From: the human T2T-CHM13v2.0 reference genome, Homo sapiens
Direction: 5' to 3' (one strand)
Assembly: GCF_009914755.1 (NCBI RefSeq)
Contig: NC_060947.1
Length of the DNA stretch: 64,000 nt
Part shown: positions 56,101 through 64,000 of the stretch, in pieces
Position numbering within the stretch: the stretch's first letter is position 1
How the letters are laid out: every line of letters begins with the position of its first letter
Translations under genes and position numbers: made by a program
The notes under the pieces: generated by a model
Told to the model about the DNA's origin: nothing
Database searches by the model: none
The model's input: the letters and a program-made list of their open reading frames with translations, nothing else

Positions 56101-57995
56101 AGATTTAACCATGAAGAAATCCAAAACTTGAACAAACCTATAAAAAGTAACAAGAAGGAAGCCATAATAAAAAGTCTCCCAGTAAAGAAAAGCTCAGAAC
56201 CTGGTGGTTTTACTGCAGAATTGTATCAGGCATTTAATGAAATAATACCAATCTTACTCAAGGTATTCTAAAAACAGAGGGGATGAGAATACTTCCACAT
56301 TCATTCTATAGGCTAGTATTACCTTGTTACCAAAACAAAACAAAGACACCTCAAAAAAAGAAAACTTCAGGCCAATCTCTCTGACAAATATTGCAAAAAT
56401 CCTCAACAAAATAATGGCAAACTGAATTCAACAATGCATTAAAAAGATAATTTATCGTGACCAAGTATGATTTATTCCTGGGATACAAGGATGGTTCAAC
56501 ATACACAAATCAATCAATGTGATACATCATATCAACAAAATGGAGGACAAAAAACATGACTATTTCAATTAATGATGAAGAACATTTTATAAAATTCAGT
56601 GTGCTTTCATGATTAAAAAAAAAACCCTCAGAAAACTGAGAAGAAGCATACCTCAACATAAAAACCATACACAATAGACTTGCAGCTAGCACTATACTAA
56701 ATGACAAAAAACTGAAAGCCTTTCCTCTAAGGTCTGGAATAACACAAGCATTCCTACTTTCCCCACTGATATTCAACATAGTACTAGAAGTCCCAGAGGG
56801 AGGGAGGGAGGGAGGGAAGGAAGGAAGGGAGGGAGGGAGGGAGGAAGGAGGGAGGGAGGGAGGGAGGAAGGAAGGAGGGAGGGAGGGAGGGAGGGAGGGA
56901 AGGGAGGGAGGGAGGGAGGGAGGGAGGGAGGATTCAAATTGGAAAGGAAGAAGTCAAATTATCCTTGTTTGCAGATGATATGATCTTATATTTGGAAAAA
57001 AAACCTAAAGACACTGCCAGAAAATAGAACTGATAAACAAATTCAGTTGATAAACAATGAAGTTGCAGGATACAAGATTAACATACAAAATTCAGTATCA
57101 TTTCTATATAGCAACAGTGAACAATCTGAAAAAGAAACAAAAACATAATGCCATTTATAACAGCCACAAATAAAATCAAATACCTAGGAATCAACCAGAG
57201 AAATGAAAGATAGCTACAGTGAAAACTATAACACACTGATGAAAGAAATTAAAGAGGACACCAAAAATGAAAGTTACTCAGAAACTTAAAAATAGAGCTA
57301 CTATACGATCCAGCAAACCCACTGTAGGTATAGACTCAAAAGAAGGGAAATCAGTATATTGAAGAGATACCTGCACTCCAATGTTTGTTGCAGCACTATT
57401 CACAGAAGCCAAAATTTGGAAGCAACCTAAGTGTCCATCAACAGATAAATAAATGAAATCTGGTACCTATACACAATGAAATACTATTCAGCCATAAAAA
57501 AGAATGAGGTCCTGTCATATGCAACAACATGGATGGAACTGGAGGTCATTACATTAAGTGAAATAAGCCAAGCATAGAAAGACAAACAGCTCATGTTCTC
57601 ACTTTAGGATCTAAAAATCAAAACAGTTGAACTCATGGATATAGAAAGTAGAAGGAGGCTTACTAGAGGCTGAAAAGGGTAGTGGAGGAATGGGGAGTAT
57701 GTGGGGATGGTTAATGTGTACCAAAAATTAATTAGAATAAATGAATAAGACCTAGTATTTGCTGGGACAACAGAGTGACTATAGTCAATAATAACTTAAC
57801 TATACATTTCAAAATAACTAAAATAGTATAATTGGATTGTAACACAAAGGATACATGCTTGAGGGGATGGATACCCCATTTTCCATGATGTGACTATTAC
57901 ATGTTGCAAGCCTGTATCAAAACTTCTCATGTACCCATACATATATACACCTTATATACACCTACTATGTATCCACAAAACTTAAATTTTTAAAA
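53143..57995 (+). mobile_element. L1MA1/2-like element: 5'UTR, ORF1, deleted ORF2 and 3'UTR; inactive
   Basis: CAAGATGGCAGAATAG start; ORF1 remnants ~54535-55440; RT remnants; 3'UTR GAATAAGACCTAGTATTTG...GGGGATGGATACCCCATT; many stops and frameshifts. Confidence 0.92.
56795..56932 (+). repeat. (GGGA/GGAA)n pure purine tract within the L1 RT region
   Basis: 138 nt containing only G and A. Confidence 0.95.
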
Positions 57996-59424
57996 ATCCC
58001 CTTGGTATGAGTGAGCACTATGGTGTCTCAATGCAGCAGCAAATAAATTCCACATGTATCAGTCTTATATGTATACTCTCTGCTCACAATATTTTATAAG
58101 TAAAACTGTTCATAAAAAGAAGGGTGCACTGGAAAAGTTATAGACATCTATCACTCCAGCTGGGATAAATAAAAAGATATGTAAATTAGAAAAAATTGGA
58201 AAATAAAGCATAATTCAAATTCTTACTTGCCCATAATTCAACATCATCTATGGGCACTGGCTGAGCACTCGGTGCTGTCACTTTTATGTCCCTTCACTAC
58301 TTGTCTTTCCAGTGTAATCTCCCACTTGCCTATATATGTGGCAGGACAATTGTTAATTGTCATTCTTAAGTATCTACAGTAATTTTACACGATGGCTAGG
58401 AACTTTTTTTGTGCATGTGTTCTCTGCTGCTAAAATAATTAGATCTTGACTCCAAATTAGTTAAAATCTGAGAATCAATTCTCTCCTGGTTTTTGTTTGT
58501 TTGCTTGCTGGTTTTGTTTTTAGTTCATGTTCCTGGTTATGCTTAGGGTTCAGATGTTAAGCTTGGATTACGTCTTTTCAGTTGTCACGTGGATATTCTA
58601 TTCAGAAGCTGAATACTGATTTCTATTATTAGGATACATTTTATTGTTTGCTTTCCCTCTTTTCTCACCTAAAATTTTACTTGACTGCTGAGAAAACACA
58701 GTACCCCAATTCTCTTGGTATTTTTCTACTCTATTAGGACATAAAATCTTCCGCATTTATCTAGCATTTTGTCTGTTTAAATTCAAATATGCCTCTTTGC
58801 CCTCATCCTTCCAGAAAAGCTGTGACCCTTATTATAATTTCCAACTTCTGGTTTTCAGTTTCTTAGAGACTTTTGTTAAGCTGGGAAATGATAATGGCTG
58901 CCAAGTGGTAATGGTACAGAGTTGTGGCTCATGCATTAACTATTTTGTAACTGTTTAACCCCCTTTTATTTTTAAGTTCTGATAACTTTGCTTATTATCC
59001 CTAATTATCAAATTTTACATCTCTTTTAAATTACAAAGGCCATGAAGAAAACACATTTTAGAAAAGTCCTTTTTTTAGTCCTAGCTTTCTTTCTAAGATG
59101 ATGTAGTGATAGCAAATTAATTTTTGTTTAGCTATTTCCTGTTTGTTTAGTAACAAATAGGAGATAATGGAAGCTGTTCAAAAAAGGTAGAGGAATTATG
59201 AAACCAAAAGAACTGAGCAGGTGGATGTATTTTCTCCTAGAGGGATAAGGAAAAAGACATACAGCATGAAATTAAATGGGACAAGAAAGAAAAATAGCAT
59301 ATGCCAAATAATAAATTAAGAAAAAAAGATGATGGGTAGGTGAAAAAGACATATGAGGCTTCTTGGAAAAAAGCTGAAGTCTAGGCCATTTATCAAAGCC
59401 TAGAGTGGACATCTAGAGGAAATG

Positions 59425-59805
59425 AAGATGGAGAGAGAGGAAGGAAGCAGGGTAGGCAGGGTGTGGGAAAGAGAGCAAGAGAAGGAGAGGCAGAGGGAGG
59501 GAGAAGTAGGAATAGAGAGAAGATGGCACAGGGATCAAGGAGGTAGAGAGTAAAAGAAGAAGGGGTGTTGAAAGAGGCAGGGTGGGAGGGGGAAGAGAGG
59601 GAAAGTGAGCAGAAGAAGGAGGGATATAGATGGAATAAAAGATTGGAAAGAAGAGAAACAGAGAGAGTAAGGGAAACAGTGAGGGATGTAGAGACGGAAG
59701 AAGGGAAAGGAAATGAAAAAGAAAAAGGAGAGTGGGGAGAGAGAGAAAAGGGAAGGTATGAGAAGAAAGAAAAGGGAGAAAGAGGGAAGGAGCGAGGGGA
59801 AGAGG
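59425..59805. repeat. GA-rich low-complexity region
   Basis: Strong purine bias seen directly. Confidence 0.85.
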
Positions 59806-60438
59806 ATTTTGCTAGCTACTTTTGGTCCATTTGGTCCTCGGTTGGGCTCTACCAGCTGTATTCTTACCAACCAGCCAGTGTATGACGTAAGTAAATGTTT
59901 AAAGTTCAATTGAACATGCTCCTCTTTCATGTTTAATTAGCTGAGTTGGAAGAGGACTGATGTTTCAATCAGAGTAAGTTTCTGCCCCTAGTATTTGGAA
60001 GGTCTTATAATACCCAAATATATTTGATGCAATTGCATTTGAGAGGAAGATTTAGTAACCATCAATTGTGATGAAAAATATTGTTTCTTATAGTCCTCTC
60101 AAACCTCAAATCCAAAATTTAGTGGCATATTTAAGGAGGGCATTTTGTATACATATTTTAAGTTCATGCTTACTCTTTTATTAACTTTTTGTGTTTTAAA
60201 TTCCAGCTGCTACTAATCAAAGCATTAATAAAATCATCATAATGTTAAGGACATTGCTACATATCTCTTTCCCTGGTGATGCACTCCTGGACTGAAATAC
60301 TTGGATTATCTGCCGTAAAGAGCATCGTTTGATTCAAATCAAGATACAGAGTCATGATCGAGTGACTCTACCTGAGGTCAAACGGCCTATGGCTTTAAAT
60401 CCCAGATCACCCTTTGTTCTTTTATTGGATGAGGATGA

Positions 60439-60912
<474 letters not shown>

Positions 60913-61573
60913 AACTAAATGACTTCTTGAACAAAGAAGCATAGGGCTGTTATGGTTATCAAAGCACATCTTTTTATTGCTTTCCGTGGCTGTGCTGTTC
61001 ATTAAGCAGAAGTGTTATCATCATATAGTATCCACTTTATAGATAAAAAAAATAAAAGCTTAAAGATATTTAAATCTCAGTCAGCTTTTCTGACTTTTGC
61101 TTCATATGATGATGGGGAAGCATGGATTTCTATTATTAAGCCTCAATCCTCCTCATATGACTCAACAAGTTACTTTAAAACTTAGAACCTGTAAAAGGGA
61201 AAAATAAATATTACCCCACAGGGTAAAGAATGGCAGGAGATGACATATAAAGTACCTAACACTTGTCTGGCACATTTTATGGAGACAAAAACACTAGGTA
61301 CTTTTACTTCCAGAACATTGCCCTGCCTTTGATTAAAAGTATCATCTTTTCATGATAACAAGTGTCACTATTTTTCCTAATCACTTTAATAGTGTTTTCA
61401 TTGTCAAAGATGTGTAAAACTTAGATAAGAACAAAGAAGAAAATTAAAATCACCTGTAATTTCACCGCTCAAAGATATGTCATAAAATGTAGGCATTTGG
61501 GTGTATATATTTATAGTCGATGTAATGTGTATGTATATATATGTATGTATACATACGCGTATATAAAACAGAA

Positions 61574-61734
61574 CATGGGTTCACAACCTATGTAGATGCA
61601 CAGAGCGCCATGTTTAGAAGGACACTTGGTTTAATGTACTGCTGTTACCTTCTTGATATCCTTAATAAGTTTTGAGTAGGAGGCCTCACATTTTCATTTT
61701 GCACTCTGCTTGACAAATCATGTAGCTGGTCTGG
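61574..61734. mobile_element. MER91A-like DNA transposon
   Basis: TTGGTTTAATGTACTGCTGTTACC...CACATTTTCATTTTGCACT...ATGTAGCTGGTC. Confidence 0.6.
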
Positions 61735-63204
61735 CACTCACAGTAGAGTTTTGAAAACATTGGAATGATGTTTGAAATTAGACTGGGAATATATATTGTT
61801 TAGTAACCTGACTTTTGCATATAATAAACTCTGTTCATTTTCCCATGTCATCAAATATTTTTATGACATGATTTGCACGACGGCATGGTGTTTTCTATTG
61901 TCCAGTCCGTGAAGTTCCAAAATTCACAGTTTTTACTCTTGATGCTACTATCGGCTTCAGTTTATAATTATCTGAAAATAAACAATTTCAAGATATATTT
62001 AAAATACACTAGAAAGGTTGTAATGTAAAATTAATTGGTACACTATGAATTCTCAAAAATGCTGTCTTTTTAGCCACATTAAGGGTCCACTTTACCTACT
62101 AAAAGGTGCTACCTTTCTATGTTAGTAAAATTCTTAGACTAGGACTATTAAATGATGTGTTAGGAGATCTTACCTCCATTTACTCATGTAGGTAAGATTT
62201 TGCTTGCCTTTCCCAAGCACATTCTAACTGAGGGAGAAGTAAAGAATTTATAAGTGACTTAGCACTTAAACCGAACCCGAAGCACCCTACAAGGTAACTA
62301 GAGTAATAATTTATTCTGAGTAGAAACTCCTAAACTTGGTAATAAATCGGATAATATAACTATGTTAACAAATAGTTAAAAAAGAGGGTAAATCTTTTTT
62401 TCCAATATCTGAGCAGTATGAAATAAGAGCTCTTGGCAAATGAATCCAATAAAAAATTCCCTAATTGCAGAAAAGCAGTTCGAAAGTGATTTTGCAAATC
62501 AAAGGGAGCATTTGGGATTAGCTTTCAAAATGAAGACTGGAGTCCTACATCTTTATTACAGCCAGAATGGTGAGCCGAGCAAGCTTAAAAAGTGGTCACG
62601 TGAAAGAGTAAAAAGAATAGAATCTTGATTATAGTAAATTTAAATTTGGCCTGACTAGAAATGGTAAATTTTGCAGAAAGGCAACGGAAATTACGCTGGA
62701 ACTTGGCATAGCTCTCAGAAAGTAGACTAGATGAATAATAACAGCAAATTTCATGACTTTGAGAGAGCAAAGAATCATCATATATACATGCGTAGTTCCT
62801 TTAAAAAGCCATGCTTTCTATCCAGCGTTGATTTTTGAGAATCTCTTTACAGATTGTTAAGTAAGTTCTATTTATTTATTGCAAATGTGATTAATTCCCA
62901 GTAATATGCCCTTATGTCCCTTCAGGATTCTTACTAAACTAAAGCCAATAATAGCATCAAGTACCAAAAACTGTGAACATTGTGGTTTCATGGGACATCA
63001 TTTAATGGTATACGTGTAATATTTTCACTAACATATAAAGATAATGCCTTTCTTACCACTCAGAATGAGTAGGTAAATTGGACTTTTGATGCAGTTTACA
63101 AGATGTAGCATTTTTGAGAATTTGTAGTATGAAAATTAATTTTATATATCTAACTGCTGAGAGTGAATTTTAAATACAAAAATATATATTGCATGTATTT
63201 AAAA

Positions 63205-64000
63205 GCAATTTTAACTGCTGCATAATATTTGTACATATTAATGAGGGTTCATGTAATATTTTGTTACATGCATAGCAAGTTTTCATATGCCTCTTTGACA
63301 TTTGTATATTTTCTATTGAGAAATGTCTATTCATATATTCTGTCCATTGTTTAAATCGTTAGATTTTTTTTCCTATAGAATTGTTTGTGCTCCTTATATA
63401 TTCTTATAATTGATCCCTTGTCAGATGGGTTGTTTGCAAATATTTTCTTTCATTCTGTGGGCTGTCTCTTCATTTTGTTAATTCTTTCCTTTGCTGTGCA
63501 GAAACTTTTCAACTTGATATGATCCCATTTGGCTACTTTTGCTTTGGACACCTGTGTTTGTGGGATACTACTCAGGAAATTTTTGCCCAGATCAATGTCC
63601 TGGAGATTTTCCCCAAAGTTTTACTGTAGTTGTTTCACAGTCTTAGGTCTTAGATATAAGTCTTTAATTCATTTTGATTTGATTATTGTATATGTTGAGA
63701 GATAGAGGTCTAGTTCATTCTTCACCATATGAATATTCAGTTTTACCAGAACCATTGACTGAAAAAACTATTTTTTTTTTTTACCAGTGTATGTATTTGG
63801 CCCATTTGTTAAAAGTAAGTTTGCTGTAGCTGTGTGGATGTGTTTCTGCATTCACTATTCTGTTATAGTTGTCTATGCGTAAGTTGTTACACCAGTATCA
63901 TACCATTTTGGTTACTACAGCTCTGCAGTATAATTGCAAGTCAGGTAATGTGACTCCTCCAGTTTTCTTTTTTCTTACAATAACTTCGGTTATTCTGGGT
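63205..64000 (-). mobile_element. L1MA-like 3' portion, running off the window edge
   Basis: ATTTGTACATATT...TTTGTTACATGCATAG 3' end, then ORF2 antisense (GAGAAATGTCTATTCA, AAGTCAGGTAATGTGA). Confidence 0.88.

Noticed and set aside
54535-57600. L1 ORF1/ORF2 as an active retroelement or domesticated reverse transcriptase
   Set aside because: Numerous stops and frameshifts, endonuclease domain deleted, RT interrupted by a GGGA tract.
59535-59930. ORFs of 131 and 106 aa over the GA-rich tract, and a GAC|gtaagt donor / TGACGTAA motif near 59883
   Set aside because: Low-complexity artefacts; isolated motifs with no acceptor or promoter evidence.

Overview
Primate genomic DNA, almost certainly human: an AluYa5 with all five subfamily diagnostics sits at 10563-10868. 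The window is AT-rich, has no CpG island, and reads as intronic or intergenic. I recognise no host protein-coding exon, tRNA/rRNA gene or processed pseudogene. The ORF track is mostly Alu, L1 and microsatellite read-through. Content: 14 Alus; several L1s (a near full-length but internally deleted L1MA1/2-like element, an L1PA3-like 3' end fused to an older L1 5' end, and an ultra-short L1PA2-like insertion); three ERV1 solo LTRs with 4-bp TSDs; old L2, MIR and DNA-transposon relics; and several microsatellites. I cannot support a new multi-gene system here. The best leads are structural: an Alu bracketed by a ~190-bp direct repeat, a TSD-less chimeric L1 that creates a 223-aa ORF2 C-terminal ORF, a 150-bp tandem duplication with a templated junction insert, a pure (GAA)23 tract, and low-confidence sets of noncoding exon-like segments on both strands. 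Subfamily calls are from recalled consensus diagnostics, not a database run. Boundaries of old repeats are approximate.
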